A DNA stretch of 12,834 nucleotides from Candidatus Thorarchaeota archaeon SMTZ1-45 (GTDB lineage: Archaea; Asgardarchaeota; Thorarchaeia; Thorarchaeales; Thorarchaeaceae), in NCBI GenBank assembly GCA_001563335.1, contig LRSL01000096.1, positions 1 to 12,834 on the forward strand, read 5' to 3'. Shown piece after piece: positions 1-9,200 of this stretch. The notes under the pieces were generated by a model that made no database searches, was not told where the DNA came from, and was given only the letters and a program-made list of their open reading frames with translations. The translations under genes were made by a program, and so were the position numbers. Every line of letters starts with the position of its first letter. The first letter of the stretch is position 1.

Positions 1-3000
1 ACGATCCTCCAGGTCTAGGAACTCATGGTCTTACAATAGAAGCGACCAAGACAGGTTTTCAGAGCCAGATTAACAACACTGAAAGTCTAACAATCCAAAT
101 TGAGCCCACATCATTGCAACTCGATTGGTGGGTTTCAAACACCATAACCTATGTAGAACAAACTGTCCTCTATGTCAATTTCACTATGAGTAATGGATCC
201 GCTGTCGTTGGAGCTTTTGTGACTGCAGTTATTGGTTCAGCTAACAAGACATTTGAATGGAATTCAATTTCTGAAGTCTATAACCTCGTCCTGAGTGGAA
301 ATGACCCTGGATATGGTCTAGGCATACACACAGTGATGATCCAGGCGACACTTTTTGGATATCAGCAACAGAACGACAACACGCAGACACTTACAGTTCA
401 GGAGGAGCCAACTACTCTAACTCCATCATGGAGCGATGGAAATAGTATAACCTATGTGGAGAGTACTGTTCTTTCTGTCAGCTATGACATGAGTAATGGA
501 TCTGCAATAGCTGGAGCATTAGTTAATGTTACAATTGGTTTAGATGTCTGGATATTAGTATGGAATCCAATTTCAGAGGAGTATGAGTATTCATTCACGG
601 GATCAGATGTATCACCTGGTTTTGGAACTCACTCTCTATTGATTCAAGCATCATTGCTAGGCTTCCAAAATGCGAGTAATTCCTTAGAGTCTCTGACAAT
701 AACTCTTGAGCCCACAGATATGCTAGTCACTTGGTCCAATGGTGATAATATCAGCTACTTCTCACACACTTACCTTTTCGTTGATTATAGGATGAGTAAT
801 CTGACAACGATTAGAAATGCAATATTGAATGTGACAATCAAAGCGACGGTCTGGACAATGCAATGGAATGAAACAGCAGGATTATACCAGGTGCGGTTCA
901 ATGGGTCTGATACAACACCCGGAATTGGTACACACAACCTACTAATTCAGGCATGGAAATATGGGTATGTTTCAAGGTCAAACGATACTGAAACCCTGAC
1001 CCTTCCTGTCATCCCTACAACAATTCTCATTTCATGGTCTAATAGTAATAACATCACATTCGTTGAACAAACGACACTTATTGTTACATATTCAATGTTC
1101 AATGGAACAGCAATCCAAGGTGCCACCATTAATATTACAATTGACGCAACACTCTTTGAACTGGTCTGGAATGGCACTAGTGAAGCATATGAGTATGTCT
1201 TCAAGGGAACTGACAATCCACCAGGTTTGGGTTCAAACCCTGCTCACATCAATGCATGGCGAACTGACTTTCAACCGCACCTCGATATGGTCGATAGTTT
1301 TACTATCAATGAAGAACCAACTACCCTATTGATCACATGGTCAAATGGTTATAACATCTCATACGTTAGGGAAACCACACTCTCTGTTCAATATCAAATG
1401 AGTAATGCAACATCGATTCCTGAAGCAGTCCTTAATGTAACAATCAATGGTCGGCTCTGGAGTCTAACATGGAATCCAGTGAGTGAAGCATATGAGGTGG
1501 TAATCAGAGGAGATGACAATCCACCAGGCTACGGGACTCATGCTGTCGAGATTCGTGCATCGAAATATGGTTATGTATCAATTGCTGATACGACACAGGA
1601 GTTTACTATCAGACTTGAAGATACGAGTATTTCATTCACCTGGGACCCAAGTAGCACCATCACATACGTAGGAATGACAAAACTCAGAGTATCCTATCTC
1701 ATGAGTAACAGCACGCCCATTGTGGGTGCCATAGTGAACATAACGAGAGGACCGAGCATTTGGGTTGCTCTATGGAATGGTACGTCTCAAGCCTATGAGT
1801 ATTCATGGACGGGATCAGATGACCCGCCAGGACTTGGTACTCATTTGCTCCTCGTAAAAGCATGGAAAGTCAACTATGTTGGAATTAGTGATACATCTCA
1901 AACTTTGAGGATTAATGAGGAACAGACCTTTATCCAAGCTTTCTGGACTGATGGCGACTTGATTACATATGTACAATCAACAACGCTGCAGGTAAATTAC
2001 ACAGCGAGTGATGGTACTACTATATTAGGTGCACTTGTCGATGTCACAATTGGTACCGATAACTGGATATTATTGTGGAATGCGGGAAGTCAGCTATATG
2101 AGATTACCTTCTTGGGTTCTGACAATCCACCAGGACTAGGTACACATGGTCTCTCAATACGAGGCTGGCAATTTGGCTATGAAACGACTGTAGACACATC
2201 CATGACTCTAACAATTACAGGTGAAATGGGCAGTATATCAAGTGAGTTGATTGGTGGTAACACGATTTCATATGTGGGGTATACTGTTCTTGCTGTCAAC
2301 TACACAATGTCAAATGGAACAGCGATACCTCTAGCTACCGTAAATGTTACAATAAGTGGAATATTATGGAATCTTACTTGGCATGCAGCCAGTGGAACAT
2401 ATCGGATTCAATTCAATGGGACAGATAGTCCTCCAGGTCTAGGAACACATAATCTAATTGTAAAAGCATGGCGAAATGGGTTTGATGGGCAAACAGACTC
2501 GACGAAGTTCCTCACAATTGTTGAAGAATCTACAAGTCTGGTAATCTATTGGGGAGCCCCTAATTTCAACAACTTGACTTACTTTGAACACACGATACTC
2601 TATGTGGAGTATAGAATGAGCAATGGAACGGTCATTCAAGGAGCAAATGTCAATGTCACAATTGACTCAAACACTTGGGAACTTCAATGGAACTCGACTC
2701 AGGGAGCCTATTCACTTAGATTCAATGGCTCAGATTCTCCACCAGGGCTTGGAATGCACAGCCTAACTATTGAAGCAGAAAAGTTTGGATTCGAACATCG
2801 TGTAGTTTCAGATATTACACTTATTCTCTCCAAAGATCCAACATCCCTTGGTATTTCTTGGATTGGAGGGAATGATATAACGTATGTTGAACATACAATA
2901 CTCTCAGTCACCTACAAGATGAGTAATGGTTCTGACATTATTGGTGCTATTGTTAATGCAACCATTGGAGGAGCAACCTGGAGCCTTGCGTGGAACGGGA

Positions 3001-5879
3001 CAGCTGGGGCATATCAAATACAGTTCAATGGAAACCAGAATCCACCAGGACTTGGTTCTTTCACAGTGATCATCCAAGCCTCAGCTGATGTCTACGTGTC
3101 GAGGACAGGTGGTTCATCCCTCACGGTTCAAAACGAGAGCACAACAGCAACTCCATCATGGTCATCGTTCATATTTGATTGGACAGAGAGTACCATCTTG
3201 TCTATTGATTTCAGAAACTCATATGGTACCCCCATTGATGGAGCCACCACTAAATCGATTTTTGTAAATGGGACTCAATATGAACTGATGGGTACAAATG
3301 GCACATACTGGTTTGAGTTCAACAACACATTTGATCTAGGGCTTCATAATATATGGGCAAACCTCAGCAAGTATGGATATGATACAGCCACAGCGAGTTC
3401 AATAACTTTCACAATCGTTGAAGCACCAACTGCACTTACAGTTAGCTGGAGTTCTACGTCTATCGATTACCTCGGTCAATTTGACCTGACAGTAGACTAC
3501 TATATCACAGGTTCAGGTATGAGTGTACCAGCACTAGGAGTTCTAGTGAACATCACTATTGATAGCTCAACAACAGTTCCATTAACACTCCAAGAAGGAT
3601 TTTGGATTGCGAATCTCACTGGCGTATCACTAGATCTTGGTGACCATGATATAGTAATCAGAGCGTGGGCTTATGGCTATCAGTATAGTGAAACCTCGGA
3701 CATTGTAACTGTGAATGAAGTCACAACGAACTCATTGGTTGTATCATGGAACCCTGTGAATCTAACAATAGAATATATCGACTCTTTTGATCTCACAGTT
3801 GACTATACCTACTACGGAGGCGACGCCCCAAGTTCTTCGATTGTTAATGTTACGGTTGATGGAAGACTCTATGTTTTAGTATATTCTGCGGGTCTTTGGA
3901 GTGTGTCTATTCCAGGTGATGAATTGGGAATTGGATTGTATACAGCAACAGTTAATGCTTGGGCATATGGATACTCAATGCAATCAGATGTGACAGCCAA
4001 CCTTAATGTCACTGAGGCAGCAAACTCATTCTTGGTAACCTGGGAGCCATGGGACCTTGATGCATCATACATAGACTTGGTGAATGTATCTGTCATTTAT
4101 ACTCAGGATTTCATACCAATTGCTAATGCAACAGTACAACTCACAATCAATAGTACACCATACCAATTGACATACAATGATGTGGATAAGAAGTGGCATT
4201 TCAGTATACTAGCTACCAATATTGGTCTAGGAAATTGGAATGTGACTGTGACTGCAAATAAGACTGGTTATGCAGATGGATGGGATTCTAGAATCCTAAC
4301 AATATCTCCTGCAGCCACTAACCTAACCATAATTGTTTCTGCAACGAGCATATATTATGACGAGGATGTGACGATAGACATCTACTATCAGCTTCTAAAC
4401 ACAAGCATTGTTCCTGGAGCAATGTTGACACTTGAAGTAGACGGGTTCATGCAAATAGCAACTTTGGAGTTAGATCATTGGACATATACTCGGAGCGGCA
4501 GCAGTCTTGGGTTAGGCATTCATACAATCTATGTCAACACCACTGCTTCAGGATTCAATAGTGCAACAGATACCTTCGATATCTCAGTAGATGCAATTCC
4601 AACCTCAGTCAGTACTCCATTAGCTTCTCTCACAATATATGCATATGAATCTACAACAGTTTCATTCACATGGACTGATGAAAAGAATTCAGTTAATTTG
4701 AGCGGTTTTATTCCTGCAGTTACATGGCTCGATGCATATTCTGTGATTGACCATACAAATGGCACTTACAGTATCGAAATCTACAGCAATATGCTCCATG
4801 TTGGTAACTATGAACTTCAGGTCAACTTCATAGGTTTAGGATATGAGAATGGGAGTGCAATGGTCAACATCGATATAATCGAGTTGCCAATTGCATTAGT
4901 TCATTTGGATCAGATCGAGCAATTTGAAAACGAAACAATAATTGTGAACATTCAGATGTTTGAGGCACTCCATGCATCTGTTGTTGATTGGGGTGAGATC
5001 ATCGTAGAGCTGGAAGGCATCCAATATCCATTAGGCTATGATGAAGATACTGAGCAATATTATGTTGAAATCTGGCTAGGTGCATTACTCCCAGGAATAT
5101 ATATCCTTAATTTCACCGCCTCAGCAATCGATTGTGAAACGGAATTTGGAGAGATCGAATTAGAGATTGAAGCAAAGATCTCATACACACTCACCCTAGA
5201 GGTGGATGAAGAGGTTCTAACAGGGCAAGCAATTCAGATTGCAGTTTTAGCGACCTATGAATCAGGTGTAGCGCATGGTTTGCCACTGACTGTTCATGTA
5301 TTGATTGAGAGAGAACAGGGAGCAGCCGAAGACGCAACAGAAATCATAACGACAAACAGTGAAGGAATAGCCACAAGGACTTTCAATGTTCCATTGGACG
5401 CCACGGGATTTACGATCTGGGCTGAATTTGATGGTTCAATTGGAGAATGGCCAGCGATATCTAATATCATAAACCGAGAGGTTACACCTAGCGGGATGGA
5501 CATCCTCTCGTTCTTCATGTGGTTGTTTGGAAACCCAGTTTTTCTTATTATCATCGTGAGCCTTATTGGCGTTCCAGCTGGAGGAGTATTCATGCTACGT
5601 CGAAGACGTGGGAAAATTGCGAGTTCAGTAGTAGATATTGGTGATGCAATAATTAGCCCATCTTCAGCACCTACAGCACCAGCAGGAGAAATGGATAGTC
5701 TTAGAGATGTAATCAAGAAACATCCAGAGGGGATAAGCCGAGCAAATATTGCGAAGTCTCTTGAAATCTCAACGAGCAAAGCTTCAGCTTTAGTGAGAAA
5801 GCTTCTTGGATCAGACACGGGTTTTGAAGAGATAAAAGATGGAAATATTCGAAAAATCCGTTTCCGTGGAGAGGAATAA
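1..5879 (+). CDS. Giant repeat-rich cell-surface glycoprotein (5'-partial) with C-terminal TM helix and cytoplasmic winged-HTH domain
   Basis: The frame is open from position 3 (DPPGLGTHGLTIEATKTGFQSQINNTESLTIQIEPTSL...), so the TTG at 114 is an internal Leu and the true start lies upstream of the window. Contains Thr/Ser/Trp-rich beta repeats with many N-x-S/T sequons. The hydrophobic segment VFLIIIVSLIGVPAGGVFML is followed by RRRRGK (positive-inside). The C-terminus LRDVIKKHPEGISRANIAKSLEISTSKASALVRKL...FEEIKDGNIRKIRF fits a wHTH. Stop TAA at 5877-5879. Confidence 0.9.
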   Translation, partial: DPPGLGTHGLTIEATKTGFQSQINNTESLTIQIEPTSLQLDWWVSNTITYVEQTVLYVNFTMSNGSAVVGAFVTAVIGSANKTFEWNSISEVYNLVLSGNDPGYGLGIHTVMIQATLFGYQQQNDNTQTLTVQEEPTTLTPSWSDGNSITYVESTVLSVSYDMSNGSAIAGALVNVTIGLDVWILVWNPISEEYEYSFTGSDVSPGFGTHSLLIQASLLGFQNASNSLESLTITLEPTDMLVTWSNGDNISYFSHTYLFVDYRMSNLTTIRNAILNVTIKATVWTMQWNETAGLYQVRFNGSDTTPGIGTHNLLIQAWKYGYVSRSNDTETLTLPVIPTTILISWSNSNNITFVEQTTLIVTYSMFNGTAIQGATINITIDATLFELVWNGTSEAYEYVFKGTDNPPGLGSNPAHINAWRTDFQPHLDMVDSFTINEEPTTLLITWSNGYNISYVRETTLSVQYQMSNATSIPEAVLNVTINGRLWSLTWNPVSEAYEVVIRGDDNPPGYGTHAVEIRASKYGYVSIADTTQEFTIRLEDTSISFTWDPSSTITYVGMTKLRVSYLMSNSTPIVGAIVNITRGPSIWVALWNGTSQAYEYSWTGSDDPPGLGTHLLLVKAWKVNYVGISDTSQTLRINEEQTFIQAFWTDGDLITYVQSTTLQVNYTASDGTTILGALVDVTIGTDNWILLWNAGSQLYEITFLGSDNPPGLGTHGLSIRGWQFGYETTVDTSMTLTITGEMGSISSELIGGNTISYVGYTVLAVNYTMSNGTAIPLATVNVTISGILWNLTWHAASGTYRIQFNGTDSPPGLGTHNLIVKAWRNGFDGQTDSTKFLTIVEESTSLVIYWGAPNFNNLTYFEHTILYVEYRMSNGTVIQGANVNVTIDSNTWELQWNSTQGAYSLRFNGSDSPPGLGMHSLTIEAEKFGFEHRVVSDITLILSKDPTSLGISWIGGNDITYVEHTILSVTYKMSNGSDIIGAIVNATIGGATWSLAWNGTAGAYQIQFNGNQNPPGLGSFTVIIQASADVYVSRTGGSSLTVQNESTTATPSWSSFIFDWTESTILSIDFRNSYGTPIDGATTKSIFVNGTQYELMGTNGTYWFEFNNTFDLGLHNIWANLSKYGYDTATASSITFTIVEAPTALTVSWSSTSIDYLGQFDLTVDYYITGSGMSVPALGVLVNITIDSSTTVPLTLQEGFWIANLTGVSLDLGDHDIVIRAWAYGYQYSETSDIVTVNEVTTNSLVVSWNPVNLTIEYIDSFDLTVDYTYYGGDAPSSSIVNVTVDGRLYVLVYSAGLWSVSIPGDELGIGLYTATVNAWAYGYSMQSDVTANLNVTEAANSFLVTWEPWDLDASYIDLVNVSVIYTQDFIPIANATVQLTINSTPYQLTYNDVDKKWHFSILATNIGLGNWNVTVTANKTGYADGWDSRILTISPAATNLTIIVSATSIYYDEDVTIDIYYQLLNTSIVPGAMLTLEVDGFMQIATLELDHWTYTRSGSSLGLGIHTIYVNTTASGFNSATDTFDISVDAIPTSVSTPLASLTIYAYESTTVSFTWTDEKNSVNLSGFIPAVTWLDAYSVIDHTNGTYSIEIYSNMLHVGNYELQVNFIGLGYENGSAMVNIDIIELPIALVHLDQIEQFENETIIVNIQMFEALHASVVDWGEIIVELEGIQYPLGYDEDTEQYYVEIWLGALLPGIYILNFTASAIDCETEFGEIELEIEAKISYTLTLEVDEEVLTGQAIQIAVLATYESGVAHGLPLTVHVLIEREQGAAEDATEIITTNSEGIATRTFNVPLDATGFTIWAEFDGSIGEWPAISNIINREVTPSGMDILSFFMWLFGNPVFLIIIVSLIGVPAGGVFMLRRRRGKIASSVVDIGDAIISPSSAPTAPAGEMDSLRDVIKKHPEGISRANIAKSLEISTSKASALVRKLLGSDTGFEEIKDGNIRKIRFRGEE
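102..3137 (+). repeat. Ten complete tandem ~101-aa (303-bp) protein repeats, plus a partial copy at 1-101
   Basis: The D(x)PPGLG-type motif starts at 303, 606, 909, 1212, 1515, 1818, 2121, 2424, 2733 and 3036. The period is 303 bp, with one 309-bp unit. Consensus: EPTxLxxxWSNGxNITYxExTxLxVxYxMSNGxxIxGAxVNVTI...WxLxWN....YxxxFxGxDxPPGLGTHxLxIxAxKxGY...LTI. Confidence 0.95.
3138..5180 (+). repeat. About seven degenerate ~95-100-aa copies of the same beta-rich module
   Basis: Recurrent FDLGLHN / LDLGDHD / LGIGLYT / IGLGNWN / LGLGIHT / LHVGNYE / LLPGIYI motifs, mostly followed by A..xG[YF]. These copies lack the DxPP loop. Confidence 0.75.
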
Positions 5880-6201
5880 AACAGGATAGATCGATACATT
5901 GAACATCCAAAATCGCTAGATTCACCCTACTCAGATATTGTGATAATTCTGTAAAGTACTTGAATAAGTAAAAGAGCCAATCAGGTTCAGAAATCATGAA
6001 TCAACCCAAGGTGACACCCACAGTTTATTGATATGGCTATATGTTCTTGATAACGTACTTAACATGAGGCTCTTAGCACATCCTGAAAATGTTGAAAAGT
6101 AGACTAACTGGTCTAGACTTTGACTCTCTGATATAATTGAAGAAAGTACATTAAGTCAAGGACTGTTGTGCTGAGATAATCAATCATAACAACGTACCAT
6201 C

Positions 6202-6206
6202 GAGGA
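6202..6206 (+). promoter_or_regulatory. Possible Shine-Dalgarno-like GAGGA upstream of ORF2
   Basis: GAGGA ends 6 nt before the ATG at 6213. Confidence 0.35.
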
Positions 6207-6212
6207 TAGAAC

Positions 6213-9200
6213 ATGAGAAGAGTAATTATCTCAATCATTCTAATACTCTCACTTCTTAGTGTATCTTCAACTAGAGTGTCTACTCCTCTATCAACTTCAT
6301 CAAGTTCTACTCTTGATTATACTCCCACGAATTCAGTATTGATGTCCCAAATAACACATTCAGGGAGCAGTGTTCCTGTTAATCAATATCTGAATAGACT
6401 GTTCTCGGAACAAGTTCTTACAATATCAAATAGCTATGCTCTTCCAGACATACATGAGAATACAATTGATTTATCATCCTATCAAATACCAGGTTGGACG
6501 TTGTACAAAGTCATACTTGATTATGACAATATTACTGCAATTGAAGAGAGGGAAGTTGTTGGTTCGAATAGTACAACTTCTGCCAGTATCGCTTACGCAA
6601 TTTATGAGCATGATATTGACCTTTATTATGATCAACTTGCTCAAGGATTCTACAACATGGGTCACGATGGACAATTGCAGAATGTTTCGATATTGTACAT
6701 GTCTCCCACCTATGACCCGGCGAATCACAATTATGCATATATCGACATTAGATCAGACTATCAAGATGGATCTACTAATATGGTGTCCTCGGTACAACTA
6801 GAAAATGTTGGACTTTCCGCTACATGGGCAAACATAACAGAACCTGTCATTCTAGATTCCAGTACAACATACTATGTTGTTATGAATGGCAGCTTGCTGA
6901 TTGAATTCCTTACTTTCTATCCCGATATTCGATGGTACTACGAAAATGTTGCAGAATCTTTCCTGACTCGTCGTCATAACACAGATGGGGATACTTGGGG
7001 CTCAGACAGACCATTCGAAGCAATACTGAACTATACATACGTACCATGGAATAAAACATCGAACTCAGCTCTTGTCTATTCATATCCTGCTGATGTAAGC
7101 CTGATGCTCAATGGAACGCCTGTTTCTGGTTCTTCATGGAGTATTAGTTCTGGGACCAATATTACATCATTGCAGATTTCATCCGACCAATCTGTAAATG
7201 TCGTTTATAATCTAACATTATGCTATACACAGGACATATCAGCAAATTCACTTTGGAAAGCAAGCACTTCTGGCGCTCCTATCTTGTGGAATGTTACAAC
7301 AGACCTTTCCTATCCAGCAGTATCAAATATTGTGGCTCAATTCATGAACATAACAAACATCCCACTTGACTGGACTGAAACAGGGTTATACCTTGGCACC
7401 TCACCTGCTGGCTCTTATGTAAAATCAGGCACAGTCGTCACTTGTACTGGACTGAGTGATGGAACATGGACTTTCACATCTACAGCTCCAAACTATGCAG
7501 TGGACCTAGCATTATATGATTCATCAGATGATTCTCTCATAATTTACAAAGTGGCAAATCTAGTAATAATGGATGTCAATGCAACGATTGAAGATGGCGT
7601 TGGAACACCCATGACTGATGGCACAACCAATCTTTCAATATTGCAATTGACAAACCTCATCTACTCTCCTCTAGAGAAACCTGCAAGTAATGGAGCAGTT
7701 TCATTTTCATGGGATATTAGCTCAACAACAGATGGTAATAGCACTCATTCAGTAGAAGTTTATTGGATAAGTACTGATGAACTAGAAGCAGGATACATTA
7801 CTCAAAATGTCTTTGTATATCATTCAACAACATTAGTCGCAGATGATTTGAGTATTAGTGATTTCACTGAGGATTCTTTCACAATCGGTATCAATTTTGA
7901 TAAGATCAGTCCAGCACAAGGGCTGGATGATACTCTAGCGGATGTTACCTATTCGTTTGGAAGTACAATAAATGCTTCATTAACAGATGCAGGTGGAGGA
8001 AGATGGACTCAAATAATTGATACAACGGGTATGAGTAATGGCGTTCATCTCCTCACCGTTTACGCAGAGGGGTACGCACTTGAAAATCACAGTCTAGTAA
8101 TAACTGTAGACCTAGCTCATCAAACACAAGCTCTCAATTGGAGTTGGTCGAACACTGATAATATTACATATACTAACAGCACAAATCTCTCTATATCTTA
8201 CATTATGCAGGATGGGACAACTAGGATATCGGGAGCAACAGTCAATATAACAATAGAGGGAGTGCCCCATGATATGACATGGGATGGTTTGACCGGAACT
8301 TACTGGATCGAACTTACTGGTGAGAACTTCACAGGTGTGGGGACTTTTTCATTAGACGTCATTGCTTGGAAAGTGGGATATGAGCCGCAGACAAGTGAAA
8401 TTAACATCACAGTCCGAAGTGAAACAACTGGATTATTTTTCGATGTAGAATATAATCCGACGGATCTTAACATCTCTTACATCGAAAGTCTATTCATTCA
8501 AGTGACTTACAACTTCAACTCAATACCGATTAATAGTAGCACTCTTGTTAGAGTCACATTCAACGGCTCAACGCCAGTAGAGCTCATTTTTAATCCTGTA
8601 TCTTCAAAATGGGAAACAACTCTTTTGGGAATCGACTATCTAGGTGCATGGAACATATTGGTTCGAGCAACATCTGTTGGGTTCGATGCTATGAATGACA
8701 CAGCTGTTTTTTCAGTCTATGAAGATATTCCTATTTTGAGCAGTTCTTGGTCAGGAGATGTAGAAACCACGGATTATGCTACAAATGCCCCTCTGATTAT
8801 CACTCTTACAGATTCAAGCGGAACACCAATTACAGACGCAAATGTATCATTTACAGCATTTGGAACACCCTACTTACTATTAACTGGTCCAGGAGGACTT
8901 TATTCATTCAATATCGATCCTACTGAAACGAGAGGAGTTGAAACGTTCATAGTTTATGTCGTAAGAGAAGGTTTTGTATCATCTCAAATTAGCTTGAATC
9001 TTACAGTGGAAGCGACAACATCACTCCAGTTCCACAACTTGTTGAGTTCAGAATATGAGCAATGGAATCTCACTATCGAAGTAAGATACATGGACACTTT
9101 CTATAGTAGTGCAATAGAAAACGCAACAGTCATAGTAAACCTCGATGGTGTGGACTATATCCTTCAGTACTCATCTGCAGCTGAAGTCTACACAATCGAA

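Noticed and set aside
114-116. TTG start for ORF1 given in the ORF track
   Set aside because: The frame is open to the window edge and residues from position 3 continue the repeat consensus. There is no signal peptide at 114, so the gene is 5'-truncated.
1-3137. 303-bp periodicity as a CRISPR-like array, DGR template/variable repeat or recombination cassette
   Set aside because: The units are diverged in-frame protein repeats. There are no identical DNA repeats, no adenine-specific mismatch pair was seen, and no RT, recombinase or cas gene is in the window.
947-4765. Short ORFs (61-89 aa) nested in ORF1 on either strand
   Set aside because: They fully overlap the repeat-coding frame and have no motifs.
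5294-5899. 201-aa antisense ORF
   Set aside because: It lies opposite the well-supported TM/wHTH end of ORF1 and has the Ser/Ile/Phe-rich composition typical of a shadow ORF.
5713-5997. 94-aa minus-strand ORF spanning the ORF1 end and the intergenic region
   Set aside because: It overlaps the wHTH coding region, has no recognisable features and its composition looks non-coding.
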